Shown: positions 1 to 9,433 of the stretch, piece after piece
Layout: every line of letters begins with the position of its first letter
Numbering within the stretch: position 1 is the first letter of the stretch
Assembly: GCA_035480035.1 (NCBI GenBank)
Contig: DATIID010000001.1
Span: 393,323 to 457,322 of the forward strand
Length of the DNA stretch: 64,000 nucleotides
DNA from: Candidatus Saccharimonadales bacterium
GTDB taxonomy: Bacteria > Patescibacteriota > Saccharimonadia > Saccharimonadales > OMJO01
Reading direction: 5' to 3'
Translations under genes and position numbers: made by a program
Notes under the pieces: generated by a model
What the model was told of the DNA's origin: nothing
Seen by the model: the letters and a program-made list of their open reading frames with translations, nothing else
The model's database searches: none

Positions 1-150
1 TTGGCCTTCGGCATAGATAGTGTCAAACGCCAAACTAGACTTACCCGAACCCGACAAACCAGTAATCACCACCAGTTTATTTCTGGGGATCTCAACTGTT
101 ATATCTTTTAAGTTATGCTCGCGGGCACCTTGAACAACTATCGAATCCAT
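1..150 (-). CDS. uvrA: excinuclease ABC subunit A (UvrA), first 50 codons only; the gene runs off the left edge
   Basis: Absent from the ORF track because it is truncated. Reverse-complement translation from the ATG at 150..148 gives [50 protein letters not shown]. This is the canonical UvrA N-terminus with Walker [10 protein letters not shown]. Confidence 0.9.
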   Translation of the reverse strand, partial: MDSIVVQGAREHNLKDITVEIPRNKLVVITGLSGSGKSSLAFDTIYAEGQ

Positions 151-228
151 CTAATAACACCATCCCACATTAAATTAGGTCGTCTGATTATACACAAAAA
201 CAGGTAAAATTAGTAGTCCTAAGGGTAT

Positions 229-837
229 CTAAAAAAAGTGTTTGATAGCTTCTACCAGAGTGACACCAACGGTCAATGACAAAATAATACCGCCAACGCC
301 AACTAAACAACCAAATATAAACACCACAATGTCTTCTAATATAAGTGACATAGCTACAATGACAGCCCCAAGTGCCGGCAAAGTGTCCAGACCAGAAAAC
401 GGCGGGGCTGAAAAGGCACCAATGACCAGGATTAAAATAATGAATCCAATAAAACGCAGCATTAGCCGGCTTTTCATTGTGCCACTCAGCCTGGGACGAG
501 ACCATTTTTCGAACCACCTAATTCGGCGAACGATAAATGGTAAGGCTTTTTTACTAATCCCATCGCCAAGTGGTTTATGTCGCCAGCGTTTCGGTAACCA
601 TATTTTTTTGACACCAATTATCATTTGAGCGGCAATAATCATCGTAATTATTTCAAAAATGTGGGTAATTCCGCCAGTTGGCAAAGGCAAAGCCGGCAAA
701 AACATTAAAAGCATTACAAAAATAGCTAGGCCCTTATCAACACCGAATACTGTTTGCAAACCATCAAAGGTTTTAGGCTGGTCACCTTTTAACCAGTTCT
801 CGATGCGATCACTAAACGGCTGTATTATTTTGGCCAT
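229..837 (-). CDS. ExoD-like (exopolysaccharide synthesis family) membrane protein
   Basis: 202 aa. N-terminal cytoplasmic segment followed by hydrophobic helices. The size, the LPALPLPTGGITHIF motif and the WFEKWSRPRL motif resemble the ExoD family as I remember it. Confidence 0.55.
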   Translation of the reverse strand: MAKIIQPFSDRIENWLKGDQPKTFDGLQTVFGVDKGLAIFVMLLMFLPALPLPTGGITHIFEIITMIIAAQMIIGVKKIWLPKRWRHKPLGDGISKKALPFIVRRIRWFEKWSRPRLSGTMKSRLMLRFIGFIILILVIGAFSAPPFSGLDTLPALGAVIVAMSLILEDIVVFIFGCLVGVGGIILSLTVGVTLVEAIKHFF

Positions 838-884
838 AGTCTTATCGTAACCTGTTATTAAAAATCAAAGCAACTTTATCAACA

Positions 885-2327
885 TCAGTCTTGTGTTTCA
901 TGATTCTCTGGTAAAATACTCTGTCCGTAAAGCTGAAGCTCTTCCAATATATAGCGTTGTTGATCGGCTAAATCTGTTCGTTCAGCTAATTCGGCCAATC
1001 GAGCGAAGTATTTAGCCAGCCGGCTTTGTTGCTTACCACCAAGTAATCGGCGTTCCCGAAAACGTTCCCAAATTTGACGTTCATCATCATTTAAAAAGTT
1101 TTGAAAATTACGGGCTTTATATAGCGGAATCAGGGCCTTCAGCCGATCGTCTACAAATTTGCTTGCAAAAGAGGACATATCTTGTGGTGTAGCCCGTCGA
1201 AAGTCAATCAGTTTTTTACGATCTTGGTTATTTAAAAAATCGTCATATAAACGGCTATCAACATCAGACTGGTCGACAACAAACTGGGTTTGACGTTGCT
1301 TTTCCATGGCAGTCAGAGCTTTTAAAACCGGTGTTTTTAGATCGACTTGCTCAAGTTTAGCCAAATTATCTTCCAGATGTTTAAGTGTTAGGTTCAGCCG
1401 TTTTTGGCTGCCTTTATCAAGAACTGATAACGGTGCAACCGCTGGGCAACGATTAAACTGAAGAGTTTTAACTGGTAGACGAAGACCCGGCTCGTCCCAT
1501 TTAAGCGTCCAGGCTTTGATTAGCTCGGGCGTTGACATTTTAATAAATGGAGTCGGATCAAATCGCAAATCATAAACCAACACTCCGCGGTTAGGGTGAT
1601 CAGCTAACTTAACCACTACCGTCGTTTTTTCCCATTCACTACTATATTTTCCAGAGGTGTACAAAAATGGTTGTCCACTATCGGCTAGTTTGGCAATCAG
1701 CTTTTTATCACGCATGGTTAGCAGATAGTCGAATAATTTTGGCTGGTGCTGACGAATCAGTTGGGCTAAGCTAATCGTCGCCCTCACGTCGCTCAAGGCG
1801 TCGTGAGCACCGTCATGTGCTATACCATTTAGACTAGTTAATGACTGAAGTCGGTTAGTCGGCGAGCCGTCACTGGCAAATGGCCATTTAATGCCGGTCG
1901 GTCGAAGAGCCCGCATCATCCGCACCACATCCAGTAAATCCCAACGGCTACGACCATCTTGCCATTGCCATTCGTAGGCATCATAAAAATTGCGATAGAG
2001 CAAATAACGCATAAATTCGTCGTCAAAACGCACCGTATTGTAGCCAACAAAAATCGTATCGACTGTCACAATTTGCTTATGGAAAATTTGTAGAAACTCA
2101 ACTTCACTTAGACCTTCAGCAATCGTTTTTTGCGGTGTTATGCCTGTAAGCAGTACTGCGTCGGGATCGGGTACTATGTCTTCAGTCATTTTAATCAGAA
2201 AGTTATCGGGTTCGCCGACTGGTTTAAGCTGCAAGTCAGTTCGTTGACCAGCAAACTGCATAATCCTGGCTTCACGCGGATTAAAACCACTAGTTTCTAA
2301 ATCATAAAAATAAAAACTCGCTGCCAT
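885..2327 (-). CDS. sbcB: exodeoxyribonuclease I
   Basis: 480 aa. The N-terminus FYFYDLETSGFNPREARIMQFAGQRTD is the DEDDh ExoI motif. HDALSDV follows later. Length is typical for ExoI. Confidence 0.85.
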   Translation of the reverse strand: MAASFYFYDLETSGFNPREARIMQFAGQRTDLQLKPVGEPDNFLIKMTEDIVPDPDAVLLTGITPQKTIAEGLSEVEFLQIFHKQIVTVDTIFVGYNTVRFDDEFMRYLLYRNFYDAYEWQWQDGRSRWDLLDVVRMMRALRPTGIKWPFASDGSPTNRLQSLTSLNGIAHDGAHDALSDVRATISLAQLIRQHQPKLFDYLLTMRDKKLIAKLADSGQPFLYTSGKYSSEWEKTTVVVKLADHPNRGVLVYDLRFDPTPFIKMSTPELIKAWTLKWDEPGLRLPVKTLQFNRCPAVAPLSVLDKGSQKRLNLTLKHLEDNLAKLEQVDLKTPVLKALTAMEKQRQTQFVVDQSDVDSRLYDDFLNNQDRKKLIDFRRATPQDMSSFASKFVDDRLKALIPLYKARNFQNFLNDDERQIWERFRERRLLGGKQQSRLAKYFARLAELAERTDLADQQRYILEELQLYGQSILPENHETQD

Positions 2328-2347
2328 ATCTGTAGTTTACATCAAGA

Positions 2348-3607
2348 TTAATATTCAATTGAGCCAAATTGGCCAATTGTGATAGTTTGGCCAACCTTAG
2401 CACCTTGCCGTTCGAGTTCACGCCAAATACCCATTTTTTTCATAATATCGCGCAAACGCTGAATCGAATGTTCATTACTAAAATCGGTTCGTCTGGCGAA
2501 CCGCTCAATTTTTTGGCCAGTCACATTGAAGTGTTCAGCTGTCTTAACCAGCCGCCAACTCGGATCATTGGTTAATCGAATAACCGGCAAGGCTACAGTG
2601 GTTGGTCGGTTCTGGCGCTCAGCTAAGACTAATTTATTAACTGCCAACAGCAACTTACTAATCCCAGCTTTAGATAAAGATGATATCGCCAAAACCGGCA
2701 CTTTTTTGGGTACGATTCTACGCAAGGTCTTAAGTCGATCTTCGGTTATTTCTTGATCAAGACCATCATTTTTGGTCAATGCAACAACCTGTGGACGGGT
2801 TGATAAATCAATCTTATAGGCTTTCAATTCCGACTGGATTGTTTCATAGGCTGACTTGAGATCATCTTGATAAGCATCAATTAAGTGCACCAGTACTGAG
2901 GTTCGCTCGACATGACGTAAAAATTCGTCACCCAAGCCTTTACCTTGACTTGCACCTTCGATTAGGCCTGGAATATCGGCGAATAACAAACTAGTAGTTT
3001 TATTAATGTCAACGATACCAAGTTGAGGAGTTAGCGTGGTGAATGGATAATTAGCAATTTCGGGCCGAGCATTACTGAGACTAGCTAATAGCGTTGACTT
3101 GCCAGCATTTGGTAGGCCAATCAAGCCTACGTCGGCAATCATTTTAAGCTCTAAAGTGGCTTGAATTTCTTCCCCAGTTTCGCCCTTTTCCGCTACTCGT
3201 GGTGCTTGACGAGTTGAAGACACGAAGTGGGCATTGCCAAAACCGCCTTTACCACCCTTAGCTACTACCATAGTCTGGCCATCAACGGTTAAGTCAGCAA
3301 GAACATCACCACTTGATTTCACTAAAGCCGTCCCGACTGGAACAGCAACCATTAGATTGTCGCCACTTTTGCCGTGTTTGCGCTGTTTAAAACCTGGTTT
3401 GCCAGATTCAGCAATGATTCGTTTTTGGTAACGAAAACTGGCAAGCGTGTTTTGATTTCGGCTGGCCACTAAAACTACGTCACCACCATCACCACCATCT
3501 CCACCGTCAGGGCCTCCATGATCAACAAATTTCTCAGTTCGAAAACTAACATAACCACCACCGCCATCACCGGCCTTGATCGTTACTTCGGCTTTGTCCA
3601 CAAACAT
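2348..3607 (-). CDS. obg: GTPase Obg/CgtA
   Basis: MFVDKAEVTIKAGDGGGGYVSFRTEKF is the glycine-rich Obg fold. The G-domain shows GLPNAGKST and DIPGLIEGAS. A C-terminal TGS-like tail is present. Confidence 0.95.
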   Translation of the reverse strand: MFVDKAEVTIKAGDGGGGYVSFRTEKFVDHGGPDGGDGGDGGDVVLVASRNQNTLASFRYQKRIIAESGKPGFKQRKHGKSGDNLMVAVPVGTALVKSSGDVLADLTVDGQTMVVAKGGKGGFGNAHFVSSTRQAPRVAEKGETGEEIQATLELKMIADVGLIGLPNAGKSTLLASLSNARPEIANYPFTTLTPQLGIVDINKTTSLLFADIPGLIEGASQGKGLGDEFLRHVERTSVLVHLIDAYQDDLKSAYETIQSELKAYKIDLSTRPQVVALTKNDGLDQEITEDRLKTLRRIVPKKVPVLAISSLSKAGISKLLLAVNKLVLAERQNRPTTVALPVIRLTNDPSWRLVKTAEHFNVTGQKIERFARRTDFSNEHSIQRLRDIMKKMGIWRELERQGAKVGQTITIGQFGSIEY

Positions 3608-3655
3608 AATGCTAATAGGTTAGCGGTTTTAGAGGTCAGGGTCTAGTTCTTTTTA

Positions 3656-4801
3656 CTAATAAATGAACTTCAGCGGCCCGGGTGAGCTATAGAATTTCCA
3701 GTCGATTCGGTTCCAGCCACCGGCCGGCCGGGGATCAGACATACTGACTTGGCCACGAGAGTTCATTTCCGACACCCAGAAACTACCATTGGCGTTTACC
3801 ACCTCAACAATCGAAACATGATTACCACTTGTATTAACTGCCACAGCTCCGACAGCAGGTGTTAAACCAGTAGGTAGACCAACAGCTCGAGCTCGATAAT
3901 ACCAACTGTAGGCGTTACCTAAATTACTGGGTACTGGTCGACCAATCTGGGTTCGACGATTAGCGACATACCATGTACACCAACCAAAATCATAACCATT
4001 ACTTGAGTATATGGCTCCGCCGCCAAACCAGTTAAAGCCAGTGGCTATTGGACTAACTACTGAGCCGTTAGGAATGACAACGTACTGGCCGACTGGTAAG
4101 CCGCCAACTTCAGTGTCGTTAAAGGCCACTATGGCATCTGGCGAAGTATGGTAAGTGCCAGCTAGGGCAGCCACGGTATCGCCTTTTTTAACCAGATAAA
4201 CAATGCCGTTGTTGACGGGTGAAATCAGCAATTTACGACCAACACTTAAACCATTGCCACTTAGGTTATTTGACCACCTGATGGTCTCAGAACTAATGCC
4301 AAACTTGTTTGCCAAACTACCGACTGTATCACCAACTTGAACGGTATAGACCACAATGTCTTTACGAGTTTTAGCGGTAGTGTTGATGACTTGCGGCTTA
4401 GCAATAACTTGATCATCAGTGGCCGCCACCGACAATTGGTCATTTAAGCTGTCTGCCTGGTTAGCGACTGAATTAGCTTCAGGTAAATTGACCATAATGG
4501 CAACATGGGCAGCAATATCAGCGGAGGATAGCTGGTCGAGTGGATTGGCGGCTATGTTATCGGTCGTACCAATCGACAAAGAACTTTCTGAAGCAGCGTG
4601 GTTAGTTAACGGATTATTGAGTACAAACAAACCGACGATGAATAATATGGCCACGTTTGCAGACAGCAGGCCATAGCGAACTACCCGTTTACGGGTACTC
4701 GATCTTTGCCATAAGCGTTGCCAGACTTGCTTGCGACGAGAGGCTAAACTATCAGAGCCCAATCGTTGACTGAGCACTTCACTAACAGTACGAATAAACA
4801 A
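3656..4801 (-). CDS. membrane-anchored peptidoglycan hydrolase with 2x LysM and a C-terminal CHAP domain
   Basis: N-terminal TM segment. Two LysM units (YTVQVGDTVGSLANKFGIS and YLVKKGDTVAALAGTYHTS). CHAP catalytic Cys in GWCTWYVANRR and His in GNHVSIVE. The longest ORF starts with TTG, so the true start is uncertain. Confidence 0.8.
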   Translation of the reverse strand: MFIRTVSEVLSQRLGSDSLASRRKQVWQRLWQRSSTRKRVVRYGLLSANVAILFIVGLFVLNNPLTNHAASESSLSIGTTDNIAANPLDQLSSADIAAHVAIMVNLPEANSVANQADSLNDQLSVAATDDQVIAKPQVINTTAKTRKDIVVYTVQVGDTVGSLANKFGISSETIRWSNNLSGNGLSVGRKLLISPVNNGIVYLVKKGDTVAALAGTYHTSPDAIVAFNDTEVGGLPVGQYVVIPNGSVVSPIATGFNWFGGGAIYSSNGYDFGWCTWYVANRRTQIGRPVPSNLGNAYSWYYRARAVGLPTGLTPAVGAVAVNTSGNHVSIVEVVNANGSFWVSEMNSRGQVSMSDPRPAGGWNRIDWKFYSSPGPLKFIY

Positions 4802-5013
4802 CTCCGTGCGCTCATAAGCGCATCGTCCAAAGGCTGGTTCTTAGTGATATTTGCAAGAGAGTTCGACCAGTCTTGCTTGTTAGAAAAAAACAACCTTGGG
4901 CAACTAATTACTTAACTATTTAACAGATTAAAAATAATTAGTTACGGTGTTCAGTTTATCAAAATAACTGCCCAAAATCAAGTAAAACTACCCCTGTTGA
5001 CCTCTGTTAACAA

Positions 5014-6063
5014 CTATTGGCTACAGAGTTTTTTGCAATGTGCGGTCGTTTGCGCCTGATGCTCATCAAGTGTCTTTGAAAAGTAAGTAACGCCGTCATC
5101 ACCAGCTACAAAATACAGATAGTCTGTTGAAGCTGGATGAGCCACGGCTTCCAATGAACTGTCAGTCACGTTACTAATTGGTCCAGGCGGCAGACCAGTG
5201 TGAAGACGTGTATTATATGGCGATTCAAAGATCAGTGAAGGTGCTTGGTTAGCCAGTAGGGAGCCATAGTAGGCAGTTACGTCCGAACCTAGCAGCATGT
5301 CTTGATGCAAACGCTTCAAGAATACTTGAGCGACAATCGGCTTGTCTTGAGGATTTGATACTTCTTGTTCGACAATTGAAGCTAAGATGATGCCCTGATG
5401 AACTGATAAGCCTTGTGCGGTGAAACCCTGCCGAACCGATGCGGTTAAATGTTTTTGCATTTGATCAAGTGCCGCCCGAACGATTTCTTCTGGTTTTGTA
5501 GTGGCGGTTTTTTGATACGAATCTGGGTACAAATAACCTTCTAAACTAGCTCCCGGAGGTTTATCAATTAACGCCGAATGGCTGGCGTATCTAGCCGGGT
5601 CTAAAGCCTTAATCACATCAGATTGGCTAAAACCGGCGTTTATAAGAGTTTTTTTGATTTGATCAAGCCGCAGACCCGGGATAATGGTGACTAAGTTGGT
5701 CGCGATTTTACCCTGTGTTAAGGCAACCGCAATTTCCGGTACCCCCTGATTAGGTCTTAGCGCATATGTTCCGGCTTGAAGTTCATCACGCAGGTCGTGA
5801 TTACGGATGTACCATTCAAAAGCCCAAGCTTTTTTAATAACACCTGATTTTTGGAGTAGTACGGCAATTTGATGGACGCTATAACCTGTCGGGATGGTGA
5901 CTAATTGACTGTGTTGTGAGGCACTAACTGGCTTAAGGTTACTAATATAAGTCTGACGAACAATTAATACGGCACTAGACATTAACAGAATTAAAATTAA
6001 AGCTATTGTGCCCAGTAAACGGCCCTTTTTAAGACGTTGAGATTTAAACGACGGACTGGGCAT
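5014..6063 (-). CDS. mltG: endolytic murein transglycosylase MltG (YceG family)
   Basis: 349 aa. N-terminal TM anchor and the YceG signature LEGYLYPDSYQ. Confidence 0.85.
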   Translation of the reverse strand: MPSPSFKSQRLKKGRLLGTIALILILLMSSAVLIVRQTYISNLKPVSASQHSQLVTIPTGYSVHQIAVLLQKSGVIKKAWAFEWYIRNHDLRDELQAGTYALRPNQGVPEIAVALTQGKIATNLVTIIPGLRLDQIKKTLINAGFSQSDVIKALDPARYASHSALIDKPPGASLEGYLYPDSYQKTATTKPEEIVRAALDQMQKHLTASVRQGFTAQGLSVHQGIILASIVEQEVSNPQDKPIVAQVFLKRLHQDMLLGSDVTAYYGSLLANQAPSLIFESPYNTRLHTGLPPGPISNVTDSSLEAVAHPASTDYLYFVAGDDGVTYFSKTLDEHQAQTTAHCKKLCSQ

Positions 6064-6469
6064 TAATAACTCCTGGCGGTTGTTGATTTAAATAATCCTG
6101 CAGAATATAGGCCGCTGCTAAAGCATCGACATCGGTTTTTTGAAACGGCTGACGACGCTTATTTAACTCAGCTTCAGCCCGTTTAGTACTCTCAGCCTCA
6201 TCCTGAAAAACAATCGGAACAGGCGTAAATTGCCGCAGTCGTTCAGTAAACCGGCGAACGTAAAGCGTCTGGTCGGTGTCATCGTTGTTGGTGTTACGAG
6301 GCAAGCCAATAATTAATAAACTGACTTGTTGCACATTAATCATATCAGCAATATCTTGATTGATGTTAATGGTCTCTGATAGTGTGGCGTAAGGCTGGGC
6401 GATGCGGGCTTGGGCGGAAGCCATAGCAATACCAGTTCGGCGTTCACCAACGTCTAAAGCCATGATCAT
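6044..6469 (-). CDS. ruvX: Holliday junction resolvase-like nuclease RuvX/YqgF
   Basis: MALDVGERRTGIA is the YqgF N-terminal motif. The ORF track extends the ORF to 6496. An internal Met at 6469 avoids overlap with the upstream gene. Confidence 0.85.
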   Translation of the reverse strand: MIMALDVGERRTGIAMASAQARIAQPYATLSETININQDIADMINVQQVSLLIIGLPRNTNNDDTDQTLYVRRFTERLRQFTPVPIVFQDEAESTKRAEAELNKRRQPFQKTDVDALAAAYILQDYLNQQPPGVINAQSVV

Positions 6470-6473
6470 ACCG

Positions 6474-8108
6474 CTATTGACCATTGGCCTTCTCAAATAT
6501 CACAGTTATTTTACTGGTTTTCTTGGGTGTTGAATCAACCCAAAACGGACTGTATTGCACTTTAACATCTTTAATGCCCGGCCGTTTCTCAATAATATCG
6601 GCGGTGTCGCCCTTCTTTTTACCGACAACTTCTTTTTTTATGGCCAGGGCATCGAGCTGTGGTCCTGCAGTAACAGTGACTTGTAAATTAACTTTAATGT
6701 CACCGCTGGCTGATTTATCACCGAGTTTAACTACCGCATTACCTAGTCCATCGTCATCGTTCTGAATCGTTTGGGTTGAAGGATCAATTTTATGTTTGAT
6801 ATCAGTCTCAATCAACTGTTTTAAACTAGCCTCGGCAACCGCGGTTACAGTGTAGGTAACATTTACAGTTACAGTGGTTTCGGAGGCCTCCATGCCGGCT
6901 GACGGATTGGCGCTAACAAGTGTAACCGTCGGCGTAACGCTATCGGCCAGCATAAACATATTTTGATCGTTAAGTTGTTTTTTAAGTTCATCGGCCGCTA
7001 CACTCTTTAAACGATTAATTATCTGATCTTTAGCACCATCAATATCACTTTGGTTAACTACCTTGACTATTTGACTGGTGCCACCAGTCATGTTAGAACC
7101 TTTGCCGGTTATACTACTCGATGATGAAACGTAAGAACGCGAACTCAAGTTATATCTATCGCCGCCTCGATTTGCTGTAACATTAGCTGTTTGTGACAAA
7201 TCCTTTTTGCAATCACCACCGCCCGTAAAGTTGCTAGCTGGAACGGTGGTTGCTTGATCGAGTGTAAAAGTAAAACCGTCACTACTAAAGGCTGTGCCGG
7301 CGGGCAAGACAACCTGTGCGTCATTGTTGCTTGGGCAATAATAAATTGTCATCGTGCCTGAGGCTTTTTTACCGTTATCTTTTTGTCCAGTAGCAGGTTC
7401 TTTTTGGTTGTCAGACTTCTTATCTTCGGTCAGTGTGGCCGGAATAATCATTTTGGTGGTATCAAGGGTTTTGGCTGATGGGCTAGCAGTAAAATTAAGC
7501 GTTGAATTAAAATCATCAGTGTTGGTCTTGATTGTAATTTTAGCTTTGGGAGCAATATTGACAGCCCAAACCATAAACCCAATTAACAAAACTAGGCCAA
7601 CGCTACCGAATATCACTAATACACGGAAGCGTTCAAAATTGGGCACCTTTAGCTTCTTATTAGCTTTGGTCTTAGTTGGTTTATCTTCGCTTGTTTCATC
7701 GGCGTTGTCATAATCAACATCGATAGTTTCATCTGACGAGGCATCATCCAATTCACCGACAGACTTCGAGGCGTCAACTTCAACTTCTTCCACACCGGCA
7801 GCCTGCAACTCGGTTTTGGGTGACGGTGGGATAACGGGCTTAGAGCTCAAGGTTTTGGCTACATGAAGCTTGGCAGCGCCTGCTAGCGGCATTAGGGCTG
7901 TTTCCGATGTAATCAATACTATATTCTTTTCACCCTCATCTGCGGCGCGTCTTAGCAGTTTCATATTGACTACGCTTTGCAACACAGAGGTACGTTTTGG
8001 TAAAACTAAAGCAATTATTTTGCGCGGACTACGACGAACCTTATCGATAATGCCAGTAATTTCATCATCAACATCTATATAAATGGTATCTTTCTTAGCG
8101 TCTGTCAT
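6474..8108 (-). CDS. hypothetical bitopic membrane protein (cytoplasmic N-domain, acidic linker, one TM, large Thr/Ser-rich exodomain)
   Basis: 544-aa ORF. Its start codon overlaps the stop of the ftsA-like gene (ATGA at 8105..8108). I recognise no family. Confidence 0.6.
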   Translation of the reverse strand: MTDAKKDTIYIDVDDEITGIIDKVRRSPRKIIALVLPKRTSVLQSVVNMKLLRRAADEGEKNIVLITSETALMPLAGAAKLHVAKTLSSKPVIPPSPKTELQAAGVEEVEVDASKSVGELDDASSDETIDVDYDNADETSEDKPTKTKANKKLKVPNFERFRVLVIFGSVGLVLLIGFMVWAVNIAPKAKITIKTNTDDFNSTLNFTASPSAKTLDTTKMIIPATLTEDKKSDNQKEPATGQKDNGKKASGTMTIYYCPSNNDAQVVLPAGTAFSSDGFTFTLDQATTVPASNFTGGGDCKKDLSQTANVTANRGGDRYNLSSRSYVSSSSSITGKGSNMTGGTSQIVKVVNQSDIDGAKDQIINRLKSVAADELKKQLNDQNMFMLADSVTPTVTLVSANPSAGMEASETTVTVNVTYTVTAVAEASLKQLIETDIKHKIDPSTQTIQNDDDGLGNAVVKLGDKSASGDIKVNLQVTVTAGPQLDALAIKKEVVGKKKGDTADIIEKRPGIKDVKVQYSPFWVDSTPKKTSKITVIFEKANGQ

Positions 8109-9397
8109 GTCTTTAGCATCCTGTCCACCTTCTGACGAAATGAGCTGGTTGGTTTACTACTTAGTTGTTCGAGCGTATCCATGCCTACTCTTAAAAGTCC
8201 CATAGCGGTTATGAAAGTATGATCGTTAACCCGGCCAGTTTTGTCAACGATACCAATAACCTGCCCTGGTTGAATGTGTTGGATAATCGGTTTTCGGGTA
8301 AATGGTAGTTTGGTGTACCAATTACTCTGTTCTAATTTATCAACTAACATATCGAGCGATGAACCACCGCCACAAAGCAGTAAGCGATGCGGTAAATGAT
8401 CTAAGTTGCCAAAATCATCAAGCGCTAATTCGACCCCACTTGCCCAGACATCGAGTGTCGTTTCTAAGGCGTTTTTAATTAGCTCTTGCTTGGGTTGTGG
8501 AACCTTGCTGGTCCCTAGTGCCAGTTTGAATTCTTCAGCTTGGGTGAAACTGATACCGAGGGCTTTTTCAATTGATTTAGTGAAAGCCCGGCCACCAATG
8601 CCAAACATCTTAGTACCTTGCACACCACCATCTTCAACTACCGCAATGTCCGTCGTACCACCCCCAACATCCATCAAAATAGCACTCATTACTGCATTAG
8701 GATCATCGCCAATCACAGAGCGCGACACCGCAAAGGGCTCAGCAGCGACTGCTAATAGGTCAATATCCAATTCATGGGCCACCCGCTCCAAGGCACCGAT
8801 ATGGATCATTGGCGCAAAAGCCGTATATAACTGGACAACCACTTCTTTACCCTGAAACCCAACCGGGTTAGTAACCGCATAACCATCGATTTGAATACTG
8901 ACTAAGGCACTGTTGACAAGCCGAATTTCGACTTCTTTGCCGCCAAGTTCCCACGCCAGCTGATGTTTGGCTTTGGATTCGGCTTTTTCCTGAACTAAAC
9001 CAATAATATGTTCGACTTCACTGATGTCCATCGGTGTTTTAGCGTTTTTGCGTGTGCAACGAATCGTTATGGTTGTGCCCTTGACCAGCTCGCCAGCAAT
9101 GCCAATCACCGCCGTTCGGACGCTTAAACCCGCCTGTTGTTCGGCCTCGGACAAGGCGGCATTACAATTAGCAACGACCGCTGCGATATCAGCCACGGCC
9201 CCGGCTTGCATATCATTCAGATCTTGGTGGGCTCGTCCAACCCCCAAAATCTCCAATTTATCACCGTCATTATGAGCGATCAGCGCTTTAACAAATTCCG
9301 TACCGATATCTAAGCCAACCAGGTACTGGTTGCTCGCACTAGCCTTTTTTTTGAGATTAGCAATTGAATCGGAAATACCCTTCAGTTTTTTGAGCAT
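8105..9397 (-). CDS. ftsA: actin-like ATPase, FtsA-like cell-division protein
   Basis: LVGLDIGTEFVKALIA (phosphate-1), MDVGGGTTDIAVV (phosphate-2) and LLCGGGSSL (adenosine motif). At 430 aa the length is FtsA-like. Confidence 0.7.
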   Translation of the reverse strand: MLKKLKGISDSIANLKKKASASNQYLVGLDIGTEFVKALIAHNDGDKLEILGVGRAHQDLNDMQAGAVADIAAVVANCNAALSEAEQQAGLSVRTAVIGIAGELVKGTTITIRCTRKNAKTPMDISEVEHIIGLVQEKAESKAKHQLAWELGGKEVEIRLVNSALVSIQIDGYAVTNPVGFQGKEVVVQLYTAFAPMIHIGALERVAHELDIDLLAVAAEPFAVSRSVIGDDPNAVMSAILMDVGGGTTDIAVVEDGGVQGTKMFGIGGRAFTKSIEKALGISFTQAEEFKLALGTSKVPQPKQELIKNALETTLDVWASGVELALDDFGNLDHLPHRLLLCGGGSSLDMLVDKLEQSNWYTKLPFTRKPIIQHIQPGQVIGIVDKTGRVNDHTFITAMGLLRVGMDTLEQLSSKPTSSFRQKVDRMLKT

Positions 9398-9433
9398 AAT
9401 CAGATTGATTATAACATAAACAGAGGTACTGAC

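Noticed and set aside
4802-5013. The 212-nt gap upstream of the LysM/CHAP hydrolase considered as a cyclic-di-AMP (ydaO-type) or other riboswitch
   Set aside because: I found a TGTTAAAT -10-like box near 4920 and a possible 5' UTR of about 120 nt. I could not find the conserved ydaO sequence blocks by eye. This remains unsupported without a covariance-model scan.
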